Below are positions 1-8,201 of a stretch of DNA of 64,000 bases, piece after piece. Each line of letters starts with the position of its first letter. The first letter of the stretch is position 1. The notes under the pieces were generated by a model. The model was not told the origin of the DNA and did not search any database. It was given only the letters and a program-made list of their open reading frames with translations. The DNA is from a virus (Duplodnaviria > Caudoviricetes): positions 192,001 through 256,000 of IMG/VR virus record IMGVR_UViG_3300031993_000004. One strand, written 5' to 3'. A program made the translations under genes and the position numbers.

Positions 1-1
1 G

Positions 2-1531
2 AATGTTGTTGAGTTCCCGGTTTTTGTTTCTTCTTCTGTCCCTGTTGATTATGCAACTGCAACGAATGCTCTGCTGGAACAGCTGTATGCCTCGTTCTTG
101 CAGATGGCAATCTCTCAAAATCCCGTTATTTCTGAGGCAGACGCCAACAGCGGCGACATCTTCAGAAGCATGGGTGTAAAGAGTGACGTTTCCAAGTATC
201 TGGAATACGTCAGTGATGATATGTTCTATGCACACGATGCATGCCACAATGTTATCACAACTGATGAAGCTGTCGTGGAATTCAACATGCTGTCGATTGA
301 CAATCGTATTGCAAAGATGATCAATGAAGCAGTTGATCATCAACCTTTGTCTGAATTCGACCATTTCTTCCAGGAAGCGAAAAAGACTCCAACTGAAGCA
401 GAAGTCATCGAAAGAAGGCTCAAAGACTTGGCTGAAAAAGAGGCCGAGCTTGCAAACATGGAGAAGCGGGACCTTCTCACTCCTGATCAGATGGACACGC
501 TCGAACATGTCCGCAAAGATATGTCTCAACTCAGAAAAGATCTGAACTCAATCAACAATGAAAAGCGTGCAGCTGCGGCGGCGGAACGTGAAAAGAACAA
601 ACACGAAGAAGACGAAAAGGATCGGGAAACCAAGCGGAAACGTTCCGAACAGGAAGAGATCAGAGAACGTTTCAAGGCAGCTGATGAAGCCGGTCGTAAG
701 AACGATCTTGGTGAGGGTTACTGGTATCCGGATCCGGATGGAGAGCCGAAGAAGATGCCGGAAACTCGCCGTGACCGTGACGAGAAGCGTGCTGAAGAAA
801 AGCTCAAGTATGAGAAGATTACAGCTACACACGCGAAAGCTCCGCAATTCATGGATGAAACCAAGATCAACAAGCTCAACAGCATGAAGCCGTTGATGAT
901 GACTGTCGGTCTTCGTATCATGTCTGGCGGCAAAGTATCTGATGTCATCGACTATGTCGTCGGTGTTAAGACACATTGCCGTGTAATCGATGCAGAAGTT
1001 CTTCCGGACTTCGCAGAGTATCCGTCCAAGACGATGAACTTCGTTTCCAGAAAAGCGCGTTGGCGTGCTGGTGAGTTGAAGTTCCTGGATTACCTGTTCG
1101 CCAGAAAGGAAAAGAAACAGGCGGCATATGATTCCCGTGATCCGAAGCGTAAGTGGTATCATCGTCTGTATACACTTGCGCATTCCAAGGGAAGTGCAAA
1201 AGCTGCAAAGCGTCTCACCGGTTCTTCTTCTACAGCCGGTCTGATTCCTAATGTCACGATGATTCTCTCCAAGTCTGACGTTGATATGATCGAAGCGACG
1301 AATGGCATCGATCTGCTGAATGGCTCCACTGCAAAGAGGATCTGCAATGAGCTCTTCTTGATTGCAATGGTCGTTATCGATACCGATTCACAATCAGTGA
1401 AGCTGTTGCTTCCGGATACCATGAATGACTATGAGGTTCATTCGATGGCATCTATCAACAAACAACTCGCAACACTGGATTCTTCGAGTGATGTATCGCG
1501 TGAAGTCTCCAAGATGATGCGTGGAAGATAA
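2..1531 (+). CDS. Jumbo-phage virion structural protein, 5'-truncated by the window edge; charged coiled-coil middle region
   Basis: Frame is open from position 2 (NVVEFPVFVSSSVP...) to TAA at 1531; contains FFQE|A motif; followed by an RBS-linked downstream gene. Confidence 0.6.
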   Translation, partial: NVVEFPVFVSSSVPVDYATATNALLEQLYASFLQMAISQNPVISEADANSGDIFRSMGVKSDVSKYLEYVSDDMFYAHDACHNVITTDEAVVEFNMLSIDNRIAKMINEAVDHQPLSEFDHFFQEAKKTPTEAEVIERRLKDLAEKEAELANMEKRDLLTPDQMDTLEHVRKDMSQLRKDLNSINNEKRAAAAAEREKNKHEEDEKDRETKRKRSEQEEIRERFKAADEAGRKNDLGEGYWYPDPDGEPKKMPETRRDRDEKRAEEKLKYEKITATHAKAPQFMDETKINKLNSMKPLMMTVGLRIMSGGKVSDVIDYVVGVKTHCRVIDAEVLPDFAEYPSKTMNFVSRKARWRAGELKFLDYLFARKEKKQAAYDSRDPKRKWYHRLYTLAHSKGSAKAAKRLTGSSSTAGLIPNVTMILSKSDVDMIEATNGIDLLNGSTAKRICNELFLIAMVVIDTDSQSVKLLLPDTMNDYEVHSMASINKQLATLDSSSDVSREVSKMMRGR

Positions 1532-1551
1532 TCAGAAAGGAGAGAAACACA

Positions 1552-3900
1552 ATGGCTATTCTGGGCAAGGACAAGGGAAGCCAGAAGAAACTGGATTCCG
1601 CAATGCTCGCGATCAATTCCATGCTCAATGAAATCTATTCGAACAAGTCTTCGGATGAGTATAAGATGAAGGGTGACATTACAAAGTCACCCTCATACTC
1701 TAAGATTGAAGAGATGGTTGTTGATCTGAAAACTCTGAAAGGGTACAGCCAGGTCGATGCTGCTGACATCGGGAAGATGTTCAATACACTGCATCGCCCA
1801 ATCTTCAAAACCATGGTGAAGGAATATATCATGGAACATAACGACAGAAACACTGTATTCACTGCTTTGTTTACTGTCGGCTATCGTCTGCTTGTCGGTG
1901 AACTGACTCGCGTGTTTGCATCCACCACCGCAACGGACAAGGGTGTCGTGTACAAACCTGACAAAGTTTCTCGCAAGTCCGATGCAACCGCTATGATCAA
2001 GCTGTATAATGATCAGCTCGAAGCAAAAATCGACAAATACATCAAGGATGCGAAGGCCTATCCACAAGAGGCTCCTGTCAATGAGTCTATGTTGATTATG
2101 GCTGTTGACGCGATGTATCAGGAAGAGTACATCCAGGAGATGACCAGTCGTCAGAAAGAAGTCATCAAAGGTACTGTTCTTGGTACGATTCTGCTTCCGG
2201 TATCCGTTGGTCTCATGTTTTCTGCCGGCGGCATACCTTTCACCCTCTTGCATCTCATTATGACAGCTGGTCTTGGAGCAGTGGCTGGCGGAAGAGGTCA
2301 AAAGCAAAAACACAAGAACATTGATAAACGCGATGTTGAAATTGTTGACGATATCAAGAATATCGTCGAGTTTCTCAGACAGCGCGCTTCGTCAGATGTC
2401 GAATCGGACATGAAGGAATTCAAGAAACATGTCAAGAATCTCCGTCAGAATTGTTCAGATTCCAAACTCGTTGTTGAGAAAGAGAAACGGCATTTCTATG
2501 CGGATATGAATGAAGCATGTAATGCCGTTCTTAAAGATCTGAAAAAGGACGCTTCGAATGAGGAAGTTATGTCGAACTTCCTTGAGAAGATGGTGGCCCT
2601 TTACGAAGCCATTACCGGAGAAAAGTTTGGTGGTGACTACGCCAACAAAACTGTTCAAGAGTCTGCTGTCGAAGGTGAATTCATTCAGGAGTTCACTCTG
2701 ATCGAACTGATTCTCACTTGTGCGGCAATCGGCGTTGGCTCCTCAATTGTCAGCGGAGCAATTCGCAGACATAAGGACAAGAAAGCGGTCAAAAACCAGG
2801 AGCATGAGAAAGAGATGTATGAACGTCTCAAGAATGTCACAAAACTGATCGAATCAACCAAAGACTTTGCGGTCATGAAGCCTGACTGGAGTTATGATGA
2901 ACCGGATGATGACGGTATGTCAGACACGTTCCATGACTGGTTCGAAGACCAGAATGACTTCAAATACCATTGCGACCGCATCGTTGATGAGCTCGGAAAA
3001 CTCGGTGAAGTTCTGACCTTCTGCAAAGAGAAGAAGACTGCTCTGTATCTTATTCTCCCGCAAGAAACCAAGGACTATACCGAATTCATCTGGGAAATGA
3101 TCGATCCGTTTACTCTGATGAGCATCGACTATGACAAGCAGAAGTTCTATACTGCCGAAGACATCGAACCTGTTAAGAAGGCTTGTGAGGAATTCGAGAC
3201 CAAGACCCGTGAATTCATGGAAAAGGTCAAGGGAGCCTTCCAGGATATCGTCAAAGAAGCTGCCGAAAACCTGGCAGACGATGATGATGATGCTGAGCCT
3301 ATCACTGAAGAAGACAACGATGTCACAAACGATGTTGACGTTGATGCAAGCGGTGATAATGACACCGTTCAGGAAGGTGTGCTCGGTACAATCGCATCCG
3401 GAATGTCTGAGGGAACCAAAACTCTTACCTCAATTGCAGGAAGCCTCACGATCATCGCCGCATCTGTCGGTATTATCGCAGGTCTGTTCAAAGGTATCAA
3501 CAGCTTCTTCAAGGGCATCAACCCTGTGGCAGATGTCAACGCGTTGTTCATGAACTCTTATGAGAGCAAGATCGACAAACTCGCATCTGTTTCCAAACTC
3601 TATGACGAAACCAAGAAGGCATACGAGGAATACATGAAAATTCCGGCAGCTCAGCGTAACAAGAAAGTCGAGAGCAAATATGTCAAGAACATGGAGAAGT
3701 ACAACATCAGTATGCAGAACCTCGCGGCACAAATTGAACACTACAATCAGCGTGCTAAGAAAGAATCTGCAGATGTTGTGAACAACATCGAGACCAGACT
3801 CCCGAACGGAGATGTGAAACCTGCGGAAAAGAAGGTTCCCGCTCCGAATGTGGAGAGTAAGCCCGATGCTCCACAGCAGGATGATGACTTCCAGTTCTAA
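1552..3900 (+). CDS. Putative inner-head polyprotein with several hydrophobic modules separated by xQE motifs
   Basis: AGGAGA RBS; 782 aa; PQE|A, YQE, IQE|M, VQE|S, IQE|F, VQE|G motifs; hydrophobic helices follow several of them. Confidence 0.6.
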   Translation: MAILGKDKGSQKKLDSAMLAINSMLNEIYSNKSSDEYKMKGDITKSPSYSKIEEMVVDLKTLKGYSQVDAADIGKMFNTLHRPIFKTMVKEYIMEHNDRNTVFTALFTVGYRLLVGELTRVFASTTATDKGVVYKPDKVSRKSDATAMIKLYNDQLEAKIDKYIKDAKAYPQEAPVNESMLIMAVDAMYQEEYIQEMTSRQKEVIKGTVLGTILLPVSVGLMFSAGGIPFTLLHLIMTAGLGAVAGGRGQKQKHKNIDKRDVEIVDDIKNIVEFLRQRASSDVESDMKEFKKHVKNLRQNCSDSKLVVEKEKRHFYADMNEACNAVLKDLKKDASNEEVMSNFLEKMVALYEAITGEKFGGDYANKTVQESAVEGEFIQEFTLIELILTCAAIGVGSSIVSGAIRRHKDKKAVKNQEHEKEMYERLKNVTKLIESTKDFAVMKPDWSYDEPDDDGMSDTFHDWFEDQNDFKYHCDRIVDELGKLGEVLTFCKEKKTALYLILPQETKDYTEFIWEMIDPFTLMSIDYDKQKFYTAEDIEPVKKACEEFETKTREFMEKVKGAFQDIVKEAAENLADDDDDAEPITEEDNDVTNDVDVDASGDNDTVQEGVLGTIASGMSEGTKTLTSIAGSLTIIAASVGIIAGLFKGINSFFKGINPVADVNALFMNSYESKIDKLASVSKLYDETKKAYEEYMKIPAAQRNKKVESKYVKNMEKYNISMQNLAAQIEHYNQRAKKESADVVNNIETRLPNGDVKPAEKKVPAPNVESKPDAPQQDDDFQF

Positions 3901-3908
3901 GAAAGAAG

Positions 3909-3937
3909 AGAGCGGGGCTTCGGCCCCGCTCTTTTTT
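3909..3937 (+). terminator. Rho-independent terminator
   Basis: AGAGCGGGGC-TTCG-GCCCCGCTCT hairpin followed by a T run. Confidence 0.9.
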
Positions 3938-3950
3938 ATTCTTTTTATTT

Positions 3951-3964
3951 ACAGATATTTATAT
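3951..3964 (+). promoter_or_regulatory. Putative phage early promoter (ACAnATATWTAT-like)
   Basis: AT-rich motif directly after the terminator and before a small non-structural gene; similar motifs at 4661, 26072, 48692, 56451, 61571. Confidence 0.4.
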
Positions 3965-3982
3965 GGTTGATCTGGAAAGGAT

Positions 3983-4414
3983 GTGATTGTTTTGAAACTG
4001 AAATTCGTTGTAAACGACATCGCATCTCTACTCGTTGATTTCTATATAAAGATGACAGGTCACAATCAGTCAGCATCAAAACGATCAATCATGAATTTGC
4101 ATATGAAACAGGCAATCACGTCTACATATGAATATGCATATGAGGATCTCGATGAAGTTTGGCAGATTGACGTATACAATCTAAATACCTATACTTATGA
4201 ATTAAACCATGACGTTGAATATGACCCGCAGCAAATGCGTGATGTTGTGGAACAGATTCAGTGTCGGTTAGATAGCATATTGGATCATATATTACAAACT
4301 GATGGAATCCCAGATTACGACAGACCTTTCATCGGGATCTGCTGTGTTCCATTTGATGGCATAAGCATCACAATACGCGATATCATCAGCTTGCTAGATA
4401 TTGATTGTATGTGA
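3983..4414 (+). CDS. Hypothetical protein
   Basis: 143-aa ORF, GTG start with AAAGGA RBS. Confidence 0.55.
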   Translation: MIVLKLKFVVNDIASLLVDFYIKMTGHNQSASKRSIMNLHMKQAITSTYEYAYEDLDEVWQIDVYNLNTYTYELNHDVEYDPQQMRDVVEQIQCRLDSILDHILQTDGIPDYDRPFIGICCVPFDGISITIRDIISLLDIDCM

Positions 4415-4447
4415 TTGCGATACTATAATAGAAAGAAGTGAGTAGAA

Positions 4448-4642
4448 ATGAAACGACCAATCGTTATTAAGGATTACAAAGGAAAGGAAATCGCACAGCA
4501 GTTGTGCGCAACGGAAACTGATATATTGACATATATCGCAAAAGGCTTTACCGTGATCGATAGACGGAGCGGTGAAATTATTCAGGAATCTGATGTGACT
4601 GATACTGTTGGCATCGCTGATGGCGATATGATCATGGGCTAA
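4448..4642 (+). CDS. Small hypothetical protein
   Basis: 64-aa ORF filling the gap, ATG start. Confidence 0.55.
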   Translation: MKRPIVIKDYKGKEIAQQLCATETDILTYIAKGFTVIDRRSGEIIQESDVTDTVGIADGDMIMG

Positions 4643-4750
4643 AAAATATTTTTATTTTGAACACATATATCATTCACGTGTATAATCAGGGAGATATTGT
4701 GCGGTATCGCCCAGATTGTATATATCAAAAATTTAAAGGAGGAAATCCAA

Positions 4751-5167
4751 ATGGCAACCAACAAAGTGGCCAGCACACCCGCATGGGTAGCATATGGCAA
4801 CGCCAAGCTTCAGGCAGCGGCGAAAGCAGACTTCAAGAAGAATATCGGAAAGCTCGGATATCCGACTAAGGAAGAGGTCGCAGGCGGTATCGTTGATAAC
4901 GCTACCCTGGACATCTCCAACACACTGGCAGCAATTCCGGAGTCCATCTCTGGTTACATGCACGATGAGAAGCGTGCATTTGCTCTGCCGGCACCGGATA
5001 AGAAGACTGCACCTGCAACGATCAAGGTCGCAGCAATTCCGAAGAAGACCAAGACCGGTGTGTCTACTCTCGGCCAGAACAAGGGTCAGACCTACACCAC
5101 CACCGTCGAGGCTCATGAGGAGCCGAAGATCAAGGCAAACCGCAGCACCTTCAAATCTACGAAGTAA
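4751..5167 (+). CDS. Small basic protein, possibly a divergent HU/IHF-like DNA-binding protein
   Basis: AAGGAGG RBS before ATG 4751; strongly biased codons; C-terminal IKVAAIPKKTKTG...GQTYTTTVEAHEEPKIKA resembles the HU beta-arm. Confidence 0.45.
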   Translation: MATNKVASTPAWVAYGNAKLQAAAKADFKKNIGKLGYPTKEEVAGGIVDNATLDISNTLAAIPESISGYMHDEKRAFALPAPDKKTAPATIKVAAIPKKTKTGVSTLGQNKGQTYTTTVEAHEEPKIKANRSTFKSTK

Positions 5168-5210
5168 GATTAGGGTCCTTGCTTCGTAAGACAAAGATCT
5201 GACAATTTGG

Positions 5211-5232
5211 TATGGGGGCTTCGGCCCCCATA
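5211..5232 (+). terminator. Terminator hairpin
   Basis: TATGGGGGC-TTCG-GCCCCCATA. Confidence 0.75.
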
Positions 5233-5264
5233 TCATCTCACAATTTTATTCTGGAGGATTTAAT

Positions 5265-6212
5265 ATGAACGAACACAATTGCAAACCAACAGTTGACTTT
5301 CCGCTCAGATTTGATCTGCTTGTGAACCAGCACGTGTCTGTTCGAGAAGTGATCGAATATTTTGCTTCGATGGCTTCCAAGTATCAGGTCAATATCACTG
5401 TGCGTGATACATCTCTTTTGGCAAAAGAACAGAAGATCGGTCCGTATACACTTCGCAATGATGTGACGAATCACGACATCAGCAAACTCATCGATGAAAT
5501 GGCGCATAATGCAGAGAAGAATAACATCCCATGGCCGCCATTGAACAATTTTTATGCATACGGAAATGAAAACGTATGCAAAGGAGATTGCGGACAATGC
5601 AATGTCCCTGCATCCGAATGCGACGGTGGCAGCGATGAAGCATCCGATGATACGGAAGAGTCACCAAAAACATATAACCGCGATTCGGTACCATCCAAAT
5701 GTGGCAAATGTATGTGCAGAACATGTGAGCTTGCGCGCAAATCATATGAAAACTGCCAGGCTCGTGGATATACATGTGATGTATGCAGAAACACAACTGC
5801 TGTACCTGTTGGTACAGATGGTAACACATGCACATTCTACAAAAACTATTTTCCTGTCATGAAGGAATTCCAAAAAGCAATTGACGATGCTCTGAAGAAG
5901 TGTCATGACAGCATGAAGGATGACCCGCGAAGTGTGGGAGCAGTAGTATCGGCTGGTGGAACTGAAGGCAAACTGCTTGTAACATTAATGGTCAGCGGAC
6001 GTGCACAGTTCGCACTTGAGTTGTTGTACCGTCATCGACTCGGCAAATGGGAGTATGTCATCCCTCGCAGCAAGAAGATCCACAACGTGTTTAATGTCGA
6101 CACGTCATTGGCAGAGCTTGTCAATGACTTGATCAGATTTGGCGAGTCTGTTACTAAGGTCCCATATGATACGTTCCTGTCCGAATGCAAATACAAAGGT
6201 ATCGACAATTGA
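5265..6212 (+). CDS. Cys-rich (putative Zn/Fe-binding) hypothetical protein
   Basis: GGAGG RBS; CKGDCGQC, CGKCMCRTC and CDVC clusters. Confidence 0.65.
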   Translation: MNEHNCKPTVDFPLRFDLLVNQHVSVREVIEYFASMASKYQVNITVRDTSLLAKEQKIGPYTLRNDVTNHDISKLIDEMAHNAEKNNIPWPPLNNFYAYGNENVCKGDCGQCNVPASECDGGSDEASDDTEESPKTYNRDSVPSKCGKCMCRTCELARKSYENCQARGYTCDVCRNTTAVPVGTDGNTCTFYKNYFPVMKEFQKAIDDALKKCHDSMKDDPRSVGAVVSAGGTEGKLLVTLMVSGRAQFALELLYRHRLGKWEYVIPRSKKIHNVFNVDTSLAELVNDLIRFGESVTKVPYDTFLSECKYKGIDN

Positions 6213-6226
6213 AGGAGGAAATACCC

Positions 6227-7096
6227 ATGATGAAAGAAGCTTATAAGATCTTATTCCATATCGTTGACAATGTATCCCTGGTCCATGACATGTTCAATGG
6301 ATATGCGGCTCGTCTCGTAAAGATGATTAAAAACATCGATCACGAACCGTTCTGCAGCAGAGATCTCCCGAGAATCGACATGACTGATATTCGTGTCAAG
6401 TTCGCGGAAAGCGATATCGGCCGGCTTGAAGAATCTGATCGGTTCATCGGAGATAGTTCGACTGTCACAATTTCAATCAAAGTTGATGGCACATGGTACA
6501 AGTATTACATGTTTGATCTCCGCACGTTCTGTCCGTATGAGAATGATATTCGGTGCGAAATGACTGTCAGCTATAACAGTAAAATCTATGAGCAGGTTTC
6601 TGCAAGATGTGGAGACAGCTCGACATCATTCCCCGACATTTGTCTGTTCACATCGTTCATGAGAACAAATATCGAGAAATATTTCTATGCGACTTATACG
6701 ATCGCGTATGATAGCCGTATGGATTCATTGGCTCGATTCAGAATGGAATCATTCGAGTACCTCGACAGAAAGATCTTCAAAGATTATAAAGAGAATTCTG
6801 AAGAATTGAGATATTTCGGTTATGAAAAGCTCCCATCTGAAATCACAAGGGATCCCAACGGCATTATCATGTTCGAAGATATCCGGTACAACTTCAGATC
6901 CAAAGGACACATCGTATACGGCATTGTTGCAAGGCATATTAAGTCGAGTGACACGCTTATGTTCGTCGAACCGAAAACAAGCCTGAAAAACATTACGAAA
7001 ATTCCGACTGATCTGAACCCGTATCAGACGGATATCATCAAAGGCTTCGTTTCTATCTGCGACAAATATGCAAAACAGAGCGCAAATGCCAACTGA
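6227..7096 (+). CDS. Hypothetical protein
   Basis: AAGGAGG RBS before ATG 6227, in frame with the 303-aa ORF. Confidence 0.7.
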   Translation: MMKEAYKILFHIVDNVSLVHDMFNGYAARLVKMIKNIDHEPFCSRDLPRIDMTDIRVKFAESDIGRLEESDRFIGDSSTVTISIKVDGTWYKYYMFDLRTFCPYENDIRCEMTVSYNSKIYEQVSARCGDSSTSFPDICLFTSFMRTNIEKYFYATYTIAYDSRMDSLARFRMESFEYLDRKIFKDYKENSEELRYFGYEKLPSEITRDPNGIIMFEDIRYNFRSKGHIVYGIVARHIKSSDTLMFVEPKTSLKNITKIPTDLNPYQTDIIKGFVSICDKYAKQSANAN

Positions 7097-7122
7097 TATT
7101 TTCATGCGCATGAAAATACACG

Positions 7123-7157
7123 AAATACGCGGGGTGTTTACCCCGCGTATTTTTTTT
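7123..7157 (+). terminator. Rho-independent terminator
   Basis: AAATACGCGGGGT-GTTT-ACCCCGCGTATTT plus T run. Confidence 0.85.
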
Positions 7158-7205
7158 ACTCCGAGATAAGGTCGAAAGGCCTAATACTATCGAGGAGATG
7201 ATAAT

Positions 7206-8162
7206 ATGGCAATCAAGGAGTTTGTCCCGAGACTGCAAAGACCTGAGGCTGGGAATAAGTTTTACATTACGAAAGGCGCAGGAGGATATTCCAACGCAAT
7301 TAAGGGAAAACCGACTGATTCAAAGTGCGACGTTCTGTCAAACTGTGTCGGCTATGCAGATGGTCGAGGAAATGAAATCAATAATGACCCGACAATGTCA
7401 TTCCTCAAACCGGTGAATGCTGAACGGTTCTATGACGTTGCAATCGAACAAGGTCATACTATCGAACAAACCCCATCTCTGGGCGCGATAATGGTATGGC
7501 AGAAAGGTCCGACACGTGAACCAACAGGAAAGGATGGTGCCGGCCACGTTGCTGTCGTCGAACAGATCATCAATGAAAACGAGGTCATCACATCAGAATC
7601 TGGTTACAACTGCCAGAATCCGTTCTGGACACAGACCAGAAAGAAGGGTGAAGGTAACTGGGGCGCTGGACCTGATTACAAATTCCTCGGATTCATTCGG
7701 AACCCTGCGATCTCGGCGTCTACAAAACCTGTCAACGATACAACAAAGGTCGACGAGCCTTATCTCGTCAGACTTGAGAAGGGTACTGGTATTTATTCCA
7801 TAACCGGCGTTGTCGTTGTTCAGACTGGCACGATCACGGTATCTACAAAGTATACCATCGTCGAAGAACTTACGGTCAAAGATACGAAATATGGTAAACT
7901 GAAGTCTGGGGCAGGATGGGTTGTTCTTGCCAAGCTGGAGGTGCCCGTATCTGCGACTGTTATGCGTGAAGGAGACTCTGGTGTAGACGTGCTCAAACTG
8001 CAAAAGAAACTGATTGAGCTCGGATACCTGTGTCCCGATTGTGCAACGTCGAAGTACGACACATTTACGTTGTGTGCTGTCACAGGTTATCAGCTTAAGA
8101 CAGGTCTGCTTGTTGACGGCGTATGCGGTCCGGCAACGCAAAAATCTTTGAATCTGAACTAA
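7206..8162 (+). CDS. Endolysin: CHAP domain + SH3-like cell-wall-binding domain + PG_binding_1 domain
   Basis: SNCVGYA...GAIMVW...AGHVAVVE...SES (CHAP Cys/His/Glu); YTIVEE...YGKLKSGAGWV; GDSGVDVLKLQKKLIELGY...VDGVCGPAT. Confidence 0.9.
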   Translation: MAIKEFVPRLQRPEAGNKFYITKGAGGYSNAIKGKPTDSKCDVLSNCVGYADGRGNEINNDPTMSFLKPVNAERFYDVAIEQGHTIEQTPSLGAIMVWQKGPTREPTGKDGAGHVAVVEQIINENEVITSESGYNCQNPFWTQTRKKGEGNWGAGPDYKFLGFIRNPAISASTKPVNDTTKVDEPYLVRLEKGTGIYSITGVVVVQTGTITVSTKYTIVEELTVKDTKYGKLKSGAGWVVLAKLEVPVSATVMREGDSGVDVLKLQKKLIELGYLCPDCATSKYDTFTLCAVTGYQLKTGLLVDGVCGPATQKSLNLN

Positions 8163-8171
8163 GAAAATGGA

Positions 8172-8195
8172 TGATGGGGGCGAAAGCCCCCATCG
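8172..8195. terminator. Bidirectional terminator between convergent genes
   Basis: GATGGGGGC-GAAA-GCCCCCATC. Confidence 0.8.
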
Positions 8196-8201
8196 TTTCC
8201 A

